From Thermoanaerobaculia bacterium (GTDB taxonomy: Bacteria > Acidobacteriota > Thermoanaerobaculia > Multivoradales > Multivoraceae): DNA of 64,000 nt. Position 1 is the stretch's first letter. Each line of letters opens with the position of its first letter. Shown in pieces: positions 56,416 through 64,000 of this stretch. The notes beneath the pieces are model-generated. The model did no database searches. It saw nothing but the letters and a program-made list of their open reading frames with translations, and was not told where the DNA came from. A program made the position numbers and the translations under genes. The DNA is taken from positions 6,240,001 to 6,304,000 of the forward strand of contig OY761158.1 in NCBI GenBank assembly GCA_963664405.1, read 5' to 3'.

Positions 56416-57351
56416 CTAGTCGGGACCCGCTCGAATCTCCGGCACGTAGGGCAATCCTGGTGGGAAACACCCTGCTGGGAAGATCGCTTCTTTGTCCCCC
56501 TGCTTGAGCCTCTCCGCGGCTTCTCGGTAAGCAGAGACGAACTCCCGGAGCTCTTCTCGAAGCTCGCGCCTCACTTGTGCAGTTGCCGCGTGAAAGGTCG
56601 GAGCCGGAGAGCTATCGATCTCTTTGGGGCGCTCGAGGGGGTCCTGAGAGCGGATCACGTCAGGACCTAAGGGTTTGCTACGGGCTTCCCTATGACGCAG
56701 GCGAGTCTCCCGCTCAATGCGGTCCACGATTTCAGCAACCCGTCCACAGCGCTCGAGCCGCGATAGTAGTTCCCAGGGCGGCAAGGGCCATAGATGGATC
56801 GTCTCCTCGACAAGGAAGTCTTTTGGATCCAGTACTTTGCCGGACCTTCTCGCTCGGTTCTCCGCGGTCAGATCTCGCCACACGCCCCGGACCTCGGAGT
56901 AGCCACGGAGAAGCTCACTGGCACAATGAACCCCGGGCCAGTCACTCGGTCTGATCACCAGGTTCTCTTTGCTTCCCTGGGAAAGCATGTAGAAGAGACG
57001 CGAAATCTGGGCTTCCTCTTCATCCGAGACAACGATGTGCTGATACCGGCGCGACCAAAACTTATCCGTCCAATTGTGAAGACGACCGACCTTGCGTGCC
57101 ACGTTGCCATTGACGAACTGCATAAAGCTCGAGAGCTGCTTCGTGCTCTCTGGGAGGAGCAGCATGTGGGAGTGATTCGAGAGAAAGGCGTAGGCGCAGA
57201 TCTTCATGCCAGTGTGCCGTTGGCCCCGACCCAGGACCCCACGGATCGTCGCATTGCCCTCAGGAGAAGGGCTGAGGAGATAACGACCCTGAATCGTACG
57301 GGTGGTTACTTCCACCAGCCTCCCGGAGACACATCCTCGTAGCTTGCGCAC
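56416..57351 (-). CDS. RAYT-like Y1 HUH transposase
   Basis: T.R..Q...L, AY..LSNHSH.L (HUH), FW..RY, catalytic Tyr in LFY...., WPG and FP.G.F motifs. Confidence 0.8.
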   Translation of the reverse strand: MRKLRGCVSGRLVEVTTRTIQGRYLLSPSPEGNATIRGVLGRGQRHTGMKICAYAFLSNHSHMLLLPESTKQLSSFMQFVNGNVARKVGRLHNWTDKFWSRRYQHIVVSDEEEAQISRLFYMLSQGSKENLVIRPSDWPGVHCASELLRGYSEVRGVWRDLTAENRARRSGKVLDPKDFLVEETIHLWPLPPWELLSRLERCGRVAEIVDRIERETRLRHREARSKPLGPDVIRSQDPLERPKEIDSSPAPTFHAATAQVRRELREELREFVSAYREAAERLKQGDKEAIFPAGCFPPGLPYVPEIRAGPD

Positions 57352-57592
57352 GTCTTGCCAACTCTCCTAACACCCCTCTATAGACGCAAGAAACCTTCGC
57401 AACCTTGCAGCTGTGTGCATTCTCGTCGTGAGCCGTACACTTGACCCACTTCGGAGTAGATTGGGTGGTACCTCGGGAATGAGGTGGAAACTCGGGTGGC
57501 ACCCGGGATGGGCGAAGGTGATCCGGGAGAGGATCGCACCCCCACCCTGGGATGAGCCTAGGGCTCTTTGAGCTTTGTCGAGGCGGCGAGGT

Positions 57593-58867
57593 CTAGATCT
57601 CGCTTTGCTCGGCTCGCAACCGATCGCAGAGACGATCAGGAGGCAGCTCGATGTCGTCGTAACGCAGGACTTGATCTTTCGCCACCTGGCGCAGCAGTCG
57701 ACAACCCTCCGCCAGTCCCATCGGGAGCAGGTTCTCGGCGCGCACAACGTCGGCGTTCTCGCAAAGGCCGTAGGTCATGTACCAGCCGATTCCGTCGATT
57801 ACTTCACCGGGTTTGAGGTCGCGCTTGGCGGTGGCGACTACGTCGACGATGTGTCCCGCATCAGGAGCGACGGCGGCGTCGCCGAAGAGGACGGCGCGCG
57901 CCACCGTCATCGGGGCCTCCAGGTGGCAAAGGTGGTACGGGGTGTAGAAGGTGTAGAGCGGGCCGTCACCGAGCTTGTAAAGCTGAAGCCAACGCCTCTG
58001 CTCGGGATCGTCGTGGTGACCGAGCACGAAGACCCCAGGGGCGGGCTCGGCGCCGACTATGTAGTCGACGAGACCCACCTCGAGCATCTGGTCCATAGGG
58101 AAGAGCGCCGCGGCATCATGCACGCTCTTGCAGTCCGGCCCGTAGAGCCCGCGCTTACCTGCCTTGAGGCCGGTGGCGTTGGCGACCAACGCCATCTCGA
58201 ACGAGACTTTGCTCCCGTCCGCGAAGGAGGCCGCCATATGCGGGGTCAAATGGTGGACCCGCGCAAACTCCTCTTGCGTGGTCGGATTTCGATAGGGGTC
58301 GTGAAGACCCTTGAGGTTTCCGATCAGTACTGGACGCACGCCGATCCCGCGCACGAAGCGATAGAGGTTCATCATCACCCCGGGCTGATCCCCGTCACAG
58401 TCGCTCAGGACCACTCCTGCCCGGTCGGCCCGTTGCTTGAGTATGGGACCAATCGTGCCCTGCAATTCTGCGTTCATGGTGATGGTGTGCTTGCCGGCGG
58501 CGATGGAGTCGACCACCACTCCGGCCCCGAAGTCGACCGCCCCGGTAACTTCGAGGATCGCGTCGAGCTGGGGGTTGGCAGTGAGGAGCGAGGGGTCGTC
58601 GGTGACCGCAGGATCTCCCGCCTCGATGGCCTCGCTCAGCTTTCGCTCATCGTCGACCTGGCGAATCTTCTCGGCCCCCGCTTCGGCGTAGGCCCGCTCC
58701 GCATTGGCGAGGGTTCGATTTGCAATCGCGCAGATCTCCATGCCGGGCACCGCAGTGGCGACTTGAAGAGCGATCCCACGGCCCATGGCCCCCGCTCCCA
58801 CCATGCCCACGCGAATGGGACGCCCCTCTTCCTGCCTGCGCGCTAAGGCCTTATCGACGATGATCAC
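57593..58867 (-). CDS. NAD(P)-dependent oxidoreductase (homoserine-dehydrogenase-like) with SAF domain
   Basis: VGAGAMG, GDQPG, SF.DG.K..FE, PYHL and AKRDL..G..IDG.G motifs. Confidence 0.9.
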   Translation of the reverse strand: MIIVDKALARRQEEGRPIRVGMVGAGAMGRGIALQVATAVPGMEICAIANRTLANAERAYAEAGAEKIRQVDDERKLSEAIEAGDPAVTDDPSLLTANPQLDAILEVTGAVDFGAGVVVDSIAAGKHTITMNAELQGTIGPILKQRADRAGVVLSDCDGDQPGVMMNLYRFVRGIGVRPVLIGNLKGLHDPYRNPTTQEEFARVHHLTPHMAASFADGSKVSFEMALVANATGLKAGKRGLYGPDCKSVHDAAALFPMDQMLEVGLVDYIVGAEPAPGVFVLGHHDDPEQRRWLQLYKLGDGPLYTFYTPYHLCHLEAPMTVARAVLFGDAAVAPDAGHIVDVVATAKRDLKPGEVIDGIGWYMTYGLCENADVVRAENLLPMGLAEGCRLLRQVAKDQVLRYDDIELPPDRLCDRLRAEQSEI

Positions 58868-59402
58868 GATCGGGGTCCTCGAAGTCCGGCCAGCTGCGGT
58901 CCGCTTCAGAAATGGCACTCACTTCCAGCGGCCAAGGGATGGCGAAGGCAGGGTCGTCGTGGCGGATACCGCGCCCGTCAGTTGGCGTGTAAAAGGCCGA
59001 AACCTGATAGATCAGCTCGGTGTCATCTTCCAAGGTCTGGAAGCCCTGAGCGAATCCCTCGGGAACAAAGAGCATCCGGTACTCGTTCGCCTTCAGCTCG
59101 ATACTGACCCATTCCCGATAGGTCGGCGAGCTCTTGCGAAGGTCGATGATGACATCGAAGATCGCCCCGCGGGTGACGCGGAAGAGCTTACTCTCCTGGT
59201 TGGGCTCCACTTGGTAGTGGAATCCCCTCAGTGTGCCGCGTCGTCGGTTCGAGATCACATTGCTCTGCACCACCTCGATTGGAATGCCGTTGGCGGCGAG
59301 CTCGCGAGCACACCATTGGCGCGCGTTGAAGCCTCTGTGATCGGAGATCAACTCCAAATCCACGACGAAGGCACCTTCGAGAGATAGCGCGGTGAACTTC
59401 AC
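58851..59402 (-). CDS. rfbC: dTDP-4-dehydrorhamnose 3,5-epimerase family protein
   Basis: D.RG, GTLRG.HYQ, GAIFDV.IDLR..SPT and P.GFA.GF motifs. Confidence 0.88.
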   Translation of the reverse strand: MKFTALSLEGAFVVDLELISDHRGFNARQWCARELAANGIPIEVVQSNVISNRRRGTLRGFHYQVEPNQESKLFRVTRGAIFDVIIDLRKSSPTYREWVSIELKANEYRMLFVPEGFAQGFQTLEDDTELIYQVSAFYTPTDGRGIRHDDPAFAIPWPLEVSAISEADRSWPDFEDPDRDHRR

Positions 59403-59415
59403 TACAACAAACCTC

Positions 59416-60438
59416 TCAGCCTTGAAACGGAACCATCACCTGCGAACCGTGTGCCTCGTGCTCCAGGCTCATCTCCATCAGTCCCGCCAACGCCTCGCGC
59501 ACCGCAACCTGATGTTGTGGCTCGACGACGAAGAGCAGGAAGCCTCCACCGCCCGCACCGCACAGTTTCCCACCTTCGGCCCCTGCAGCCATCGCGGCTT
59601 CGTACCAGTCGTCGATCTGACCCGTTGTGATCGAGCTCGCCAAGCTACGCTTGAGCTGCCACCCCTCGTCCAGGACCCGGCCGAAGCCGCGTGCGTCGAT
59701 CTCGTCGGAGCCAAGCTGTCGATGGAGGGAGCGCGCCTGCTCACGCATGCGTCGCAACTGCTCCATGTTGAGGGGCGTCTTTTCGCTCTGTTCCGCCAGC
59801 ACACTGCCGGCTGCGCGCTGGTGCCCGGTCCAGAACATCATCATGCTCCCGAATAGCTCTTCGAGACGCTCCGCGCGCATCTGCAAGTGCTCTACGGTCA
59901 CGCCCCCGTTCGGCTTGAACGACAGCAGATTCAGTCCTCCGTAGGCCGCCGCGTACTGATCCTGTTTGCCGATCGGCTCGCCAAGCACCTCGATCTCGAT
60001 GTGAGATGCCTCTTCAGCGAGCTGACCCGCCGACACCCGCTCTCCGCGATAGGCGTGGAGTGCGTTCAAGAGGCCTACGGCAAAAGCGCTCGAGCCTCCT
60101 AGGCCGGTGGAGGCCGGCACGTCCCCGACCGTCGAGATGTAGATCGGGCTCTCGATGTCGAGAAAACGCATGCACTCGCGGGCAATGTTGTTTTTGATCT
60201 CCTCGATGTGGTCGACTTGCTCGCTTTGCGAGTAGTTGATTCGGATCGGCTCGAAGAACAGCTCGCTGTGGCGCTTGACGGTGACGTAGACATAGCGCTT
60301 GATGGCCGTCGAAAGCACCGCACCCTCGTCGCTTTCGAAGAAGGCCGGCAGATCGGTGCCACCGCCGACGAAGCTGACTCGCAGCGGCGTCCGGGTCACG
60401 ATCAACCTCGAATCGGGCGAGGGATCGGGCTCAACCAT
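59416..60438 (-). CDS. hddA: GHMP kinase, heptose-7-phosphate kinase type
   Basis: PLRVSF.GGGTD, P..TGLG.SS, GKQDQYAAA.GG and GGKLCGAGGGGF motifs. Confidence 0.88.
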   Translation of the reverse strand: MVEPDPSPDSRLIVTRTPLRVSFVGGGTDLPAFFESDEGAVLSTAIKRYVYVTVKRHSELFFEPIRINYSQSEQVDHIEEIKNNIARECMRFLDIESPIYISTVGDVPASTGLGGSSAFAVGLLNALHAYRGERVSAGQLAEEASHIEIEVLGEPIGKQDQYAAAYGGLNLLSFKPNGGVTVEHLQMRAERLEELFGSMMMFWTGHQRAAGSVLAEQSEKTPLNMEQLRRMREQARSLHRQLGSDEIDARGFGRVLDEGWQLKRSLASSITTGQIDDWYEAAMAAGAEGGKLCGAGGGGFLLFVVEPQHQVAVREALAGLMEMSLEHEAHGSQVMVPFQG

Positions 60439-60880
60439 GCGCTAAGGACCAGTCGAAGGGGATGTCCGGCGTGAACGGATCGAGACGATCCATCTCGTCG
60501 GGACGGTGCGGCTCGCTCGCGGCGTTCGCCATGATCACCATTTTGTCGCCGTAGGCCTTGTAGCCATTGGCGATGCCTGGAGGTATCTGGACCAGCACGT
60601 AGTTGTCCTCGCCGAAGAAGACCTCCTGGAGCTCTCCTTTTGTTGGCGAGTCGGGACGCAGGTCATACATCACCAGCCTGGCACGCCCCGAGACCACGGC
60701 GTTGCTGACCGTCATCGACTTGTGGATGTGCCATGCCTTGATCACCCCGGGCCAGGCGCAAGAGAAGTAGATCTCTCCGAAGGAAACGAAATGGGGATCC
60801 GTCGCCTTGAGCATATGCATGATCTTGCCGCGTTCGTCGACGATCTGGCGCAGCGGCACAACCTTGACTCCATCAATCAT
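60431..60880 (-). CDS. RmlC-like cupin sugar epimerase
   Basis: DERG, FGE.YFS..PG..KAWH.H and D.R..SPT motifs. Confidence 0.85.
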   Translation of the reverse strand: MIDGVKVVPLRQIVDERGKIMHMLKATDPHFVSFGEIYFSCAWPGVIKAWHIHKSMTVSNAVVSGRARLVMYDLRPDSPTKGELQEVFFGEDNYVLVQIPPGIANGYKAYGDKMVIMANAASEPHRPDEMDRLDPFTPDIPFDWSLAHG

Positions 60881-60916
60881 CGTCAGTACTCCCCTGCCGA
60901 ACGGCCTTGAACTCTC

Positions 60917-61957
60917 TCACGCCCATCGTAGCGATTCGTCGAGCCGGCCCGAATCCATGAGGTGTCGTAGCCAGGAAAGGCGGGTGTAGCGCGCATCGGT
61001 GAATAGCTCCTCACTGAAACCGAGACTTTGAAGCCTCTCGGCCAGGTCTCGAGCACCCTCCTCCGCGGTCCACTTGAACTCGAAATTCGGAAAGGTGCGC
61101 GCGAACTTCGAGAAGTCGGCTCTATAGGTGCGTTGGTCCGCGCTCGGGCGGTTCAAGACTTCGAGCTCACAATCACTGACGACGTCGGCCACGATCTCCG
61201 CCAGCTGGATGATCTGTCGGTTGAGGTGCTCGGCCCCGTTATTGAAGGCTTCGTTGTGGATGTCGGCCAGGGGTGCCTCCAGTACCGCCAGGAAACTTCG
61301 CGCTATGTCCTCGACATGAACCACCGGCCGCCACGGCTTGCCGTCGCTCATGACCGTTACTTTCCCGGTGGCGACGGCGGCGCCCACCAGATTGTTGAGC
61401 ACGGTGTCGAATCGCATTCTCGGCGAGACTCCGTAAACCGTGCCGTTGCGCAAGAAGACCGGCGAAAAGCCGTCGCGGGCGAGCTCGCGGATCACGCCCT
61501 CGCTACGCGCCTTCGAGCGCGCGTACTCGGTTTGTGGGTCGAGCGGGGCAGTCTCGTCGACAACCTCGGCCTTCGCCATGCCGTACATGATGCACGACGA
61601 AGAGAACAGGAATCGCCGGACGCCGGCATCACGTGCCAGCTCCGCGAGTCGCACGGATGCCTGGTGATTGATCTCCTCAGTCCAGGACTTGTTTAGATTG
61701 CCGATCGGGTCGTTGCTGAGCGCGGCGAGATGAACGACGGCGTAGAAGGACCTGAGATCTTCGGGCACCAGGTCGCGGATGTCTTTCTGGATTTCTGGGA
61801 TCGTGACCTGGTCGGCGACCAAGGTGCATTCGTTGAAATAACCGACATCGAGACCCACGACGTCGTACCCTTGCTCCAGCAGATAGGGGGCCATTACCGA
61901 CCCGAGATACCCCCGATGTCCGGTTACGAGCACCGGTCGACGAGGGGTGCCGGTCAT
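60917..61957 (-). CDS. NAD-dependent epimerase/dehydratase (extended SDR)
   Basis: TG..GY.G, HLAALSNDP, SSC..YG, Y..SK and SPR.RFD motifs. Confidence 0.92.
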   Translation of the reverse strand: MTGTPRRPVLVTGHRGYLGSVMAPYLLEQGYDVVGLDVGYFNECTLVADQVTIPEIQKDIRDLVPEDLRSFYAVVHLAALSNDPIGNLNKSWTEEINHQASVRLAELARDAGVRRFLFSSSCIMYGMAKAEVVDETAPLDPQTEYARSKARSEGVIRELARDGFSPVFLRNGTVYGVSPRMRFDTVLNNLVGAAVATGKVTVMSDGKPWRPVVHVEDIARSFLAVLEAPLADIHNEAFNNGAEHLNRQIIQLAEIVADVVSDCELEVLNRPSADQRTYRADFSKFARTFPNFEFKWTAEEGARDLAERLQSLGFSEELFTDARYTRLSWLRHLMDSGRLDESLRWA

Positions 61958-63183
61958 GCCGTAGCCCTCCGCTCCGCCGCCGCCGACGCAACAAGCTCTC
62001 TCGCAATGTCGAGTAGCGAGACATCGTCTGTGACCATCGCAGAGCGACATCCGGCGGCCCGCGCCGCCTGCTCGTCGCGCTCGTCGTCACCGACGAATGT
62101 GGTTCGGGTCAGGTCGAGGTGAAACTCTCTCTGGGCGGCAAAGAGCATTCCAGGGCGTGGCTTGCGACAATCGCAGCCGTCGTCCCAGCCATGGGGGCAG
62201 TAGTAGATGGCGTCGATGTGACCCCCCGTCGCCTCCGCCTCGTCTCGCATCTTGCGGTGCACATCCTCGAGATCGCCTTCGCTCATCATGCCGCGTGCGA
62301 TGCCGGGTTGGCTGGTGATCAGCATCACTCGCCAGCCGGCCTCGGTGAAGAGCCGCAGCGCCTCTCTGGCGCCCGGCAGCCATCGAAACCGCTCCGGACG
62401 CAGCACGTACTCGGCTCGCGGCTGTCTCACGTTGAGCACTCCGTCGCGGTCTAGGAGAACCGCGGGCCGACGGGCGAAGAATTCTTCGCTTATCGGCAGC
62501 CGCTCCGGGTTGCCGACGCTGTAATAGCGATGCTCGCTCCAGTAAGCCGCGAGGTCGTGGCGTGCGGCGAGAGTCGGGTACACCGCGACCTCGAAGAGCT
62601 CCTGGCCGTCGTCGGGAAGCAGCGGGAGAGCCACCGCCTTGTTGATGATCGCGTAGCTGATCTCTACTCCGGAGAGGCCAGGCGTCGTCCGGCCGCGGTC
62701 GAACACGTCGACGAATCCGTCCTCGCCAACGATCACACTGTCTCTAGTGAATCCGTCGGAGTTACTGTAGATCGTTACCTGGGCGCTGGCTCCCGACGCG
62801 AGATAGTTCTCCCACATCTCGTCGAAGCGCATCGGCCAATAGTTGTCGCAGTAGAGCAGAAGGAAAGTGTCGTCCAATTTGCTCTGGGCATCGAGCACGC
62901 GATGGGCGGTGAGATCGTCCGCTGCGGTGATCTTGTAATCGATCTCGACGCCATAGCGGCTGCCATCTCCGAAGTGGTCGATGATCACTTCGGGCAGGTA
63001 GCCGAGGAGCATCAGCACGCGTTCGAAGCCCTGTTCACGAAGCATCTCGACGATGTATCCCAGAAAGGGCTTGTCGAGAAACTCGACCATCGGCTTCGGA
63101 ATCGTCTCGGTGATGGAACCGAGCCGAGTACCGCGTCCTCCGGCAAGGATGACCGCCTGAGTCGGACGAGGGCGCGGGCTCAA
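61954..63183 (-). CDS. Nucleotidyltransferase (HddC-like) fused to heptose-bisphosphate phosphatase (GmhB-like)
   Basis: ILAGG.GTRL...T..IPKPM N-domain; LDRDGVLN, CPH....C.CRKP and GD...D C-domain. Confidence 0.9.
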   Translation of the reverse strand: MSPRPRPTQAVILAGGRGTRLGSITETIPKPMVEFLDKPFLGYIVEMLREQGFERVLMLLGYLPEVIIDHFGDGSRYGVEIDYKITAADDLTAHRVLDAQSKLDDTFLLLYCDNYWPMRFDEMWENYLASGASAQVTIYSNSDGFTRDSVIVGEDGFVDVFDRGRTTPGLSGVEISYAIINKAVALPLLPDDGQELFEVAVYPTLAARHDLAAYWSEHRYYSVGNPERLPISEEFFARRPAVLLDRDGVLNVRQPRAEYVLRPERFRWLPGAREALRLFTEAGWRVMLITSQPGIARGMMSEGDLEDVHRKMRDEAEATGGHIDAIYYCPHGWDDGCDCRKPRPGMLFAAQREFHLDLTRTTFVGDDERDEQAARAAGCRSAMVTDDVSLLDIARELVASAAAERRATA

Positions 63184-63761
63184 CTTGGCAGGTCCCGCAT
63201 CAGGCAGGTGGTGAGAATGTCGCAGATGACACAGTGCCCCGACTCGACCGGCCCGTAGAGGCCCACTTCTGTCTCGAGCCACAGGCACTCGTCAACGCGA
63301 TCTTTGAGGGCGCCGCCGTCGAAGCCGAGAATGCCAAGCGTCGAGAGGCCCTCGCGTGCGGCGTGATCGACCGCCTGAACCAGGTTCGGTGAATTGCCAC
63401 TGGCAGAGATGACGATCAGAAGATCCCCGGGCTTGGCGAAGTTCTCCAATTGACCGCTGAAGACCCTCTCGTACCCCTCATCATTGGCTAAAGCGGTGAG
63501 CCACGACACATTGTCGCTGAGAGAAAGTACTCGGATCGGAGCACAGCCCGAGCGCTTGGTTGCCTTGCCCAGGTCGTTGGCGAAATGGGTGGCAGTGGCG
63601 GCACTCCCTCCATTACCGGCGATATAGACGTTGGCGCCGTCGTCGCGTGCGGCGCGCAGCATCTCCGCGGCTCGAGCTACAGCATCGAGGTCGATGCCTT
63701 TGAGCAGCTCGTTGAAGCCTTGGAGGTAGTCGCGGGCTGTGTCGCGAGTCGACTGCGACAT
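63180..63761 (-). CDS. gmhA: Phosphoheptose isomerase (SIS domain)
   Basis: GNGGSAA.A.H, TA.AND.GY..VF..Q, IS.SGNS.N and E..H motifs. Confidence 0.88.
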   Translation of the reverse strand: MSQSTRDTARDYLQGFNELLKGIDLDAVARAAEMLRAARDDGANVYIAGNGGSAATATHFANDLGKATKRSGCAPIRVLSLSDNVSWLTALANDEGYERVFSGQLENFAKPGDLLIVISASGNSPNLVQAVDHAAREGLSTLGILGFDGGALKDRVDECLWLETEVGLYGPVESGHCVICDILTTCLMRDLPS

Positions 63762-64000
63762 CGGCGGCATTCCAGTCTGTTGAGGGTTGTTCGCCACAAA
63801 AGCGCCTCGGAAACGGCGCGTAATAGAGAGAAATGAGTCTAGCTCAAGGCGGAGTTCTCCAGCAAGGAGGTGACCCGGGCGGCGGCACCACTGCTACAAT
63901 CGGCCCGAGGTCAGAATTTGAGCCCGCCTTCGACCGAGCCCCTCCTCGAAGGGCCAAGCCCCTTTGATGACGGCGCCTCGTCACAGCAAGAGCAGCCCGC

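Noticed and set aside
57575-58846. Long antisense ORFs (also 479-1279, 6208-7095, 42736-43914, 54088-55284)
   Set aside because: These are shadows of well-supported genes on the opposite strand, as expected in high-GC DNA.
63918-64000. Possible start of a plus-strand gene at the window edge
   Set aside because: Too short to support any call.

Overview
High-GC bacterial chromosomal window. The gene content (TPR, VCBS and sulfatase-like lipoproteins, GT-C enzymes) suggests Acidobacteriota, but this is inference. There are about 60 CDS and no rRNA, tRNA or CRISPR array was recognised. The left half holds housekeeping and envelope genes: a thiolase, MazEF and VapBC toxin-antitoxin pairs, two tandem GAPDH paralogues, an octaheme TPR cytochrome with PpiC and HupE/UreJ genes, an OmpW-like barrel, a uppS operon, a MATE transporter and GT2 enzymes. 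The right half is a surface-glycan region: Thr-type sulfatase-like enzymes, a CotH kinase, three GT-C-like proteins, a methyltransferase, a sulfotransferase and a nucleotide-heptose pathway. The most notable signal is a ~163-bp TA-flanked miniature inverted-repeat element present in three copies. One copy is empty (50148-50310). One is split at its central hairpin by a tyrosine recombinase + IS91-type HUH transposase element (32498-35033) whose joined ends would rebuild a long hairpin. One contains a four-ORF IS21 element (41845-45234). Also present are a RAYT-like Y1 transposase, 172-bp and 61-bp tandem repeats, heptamer repeats at gene ends, and KirBac and TonB-receptor remnants. All calls come from reading motifs by eye; no database searches were run.
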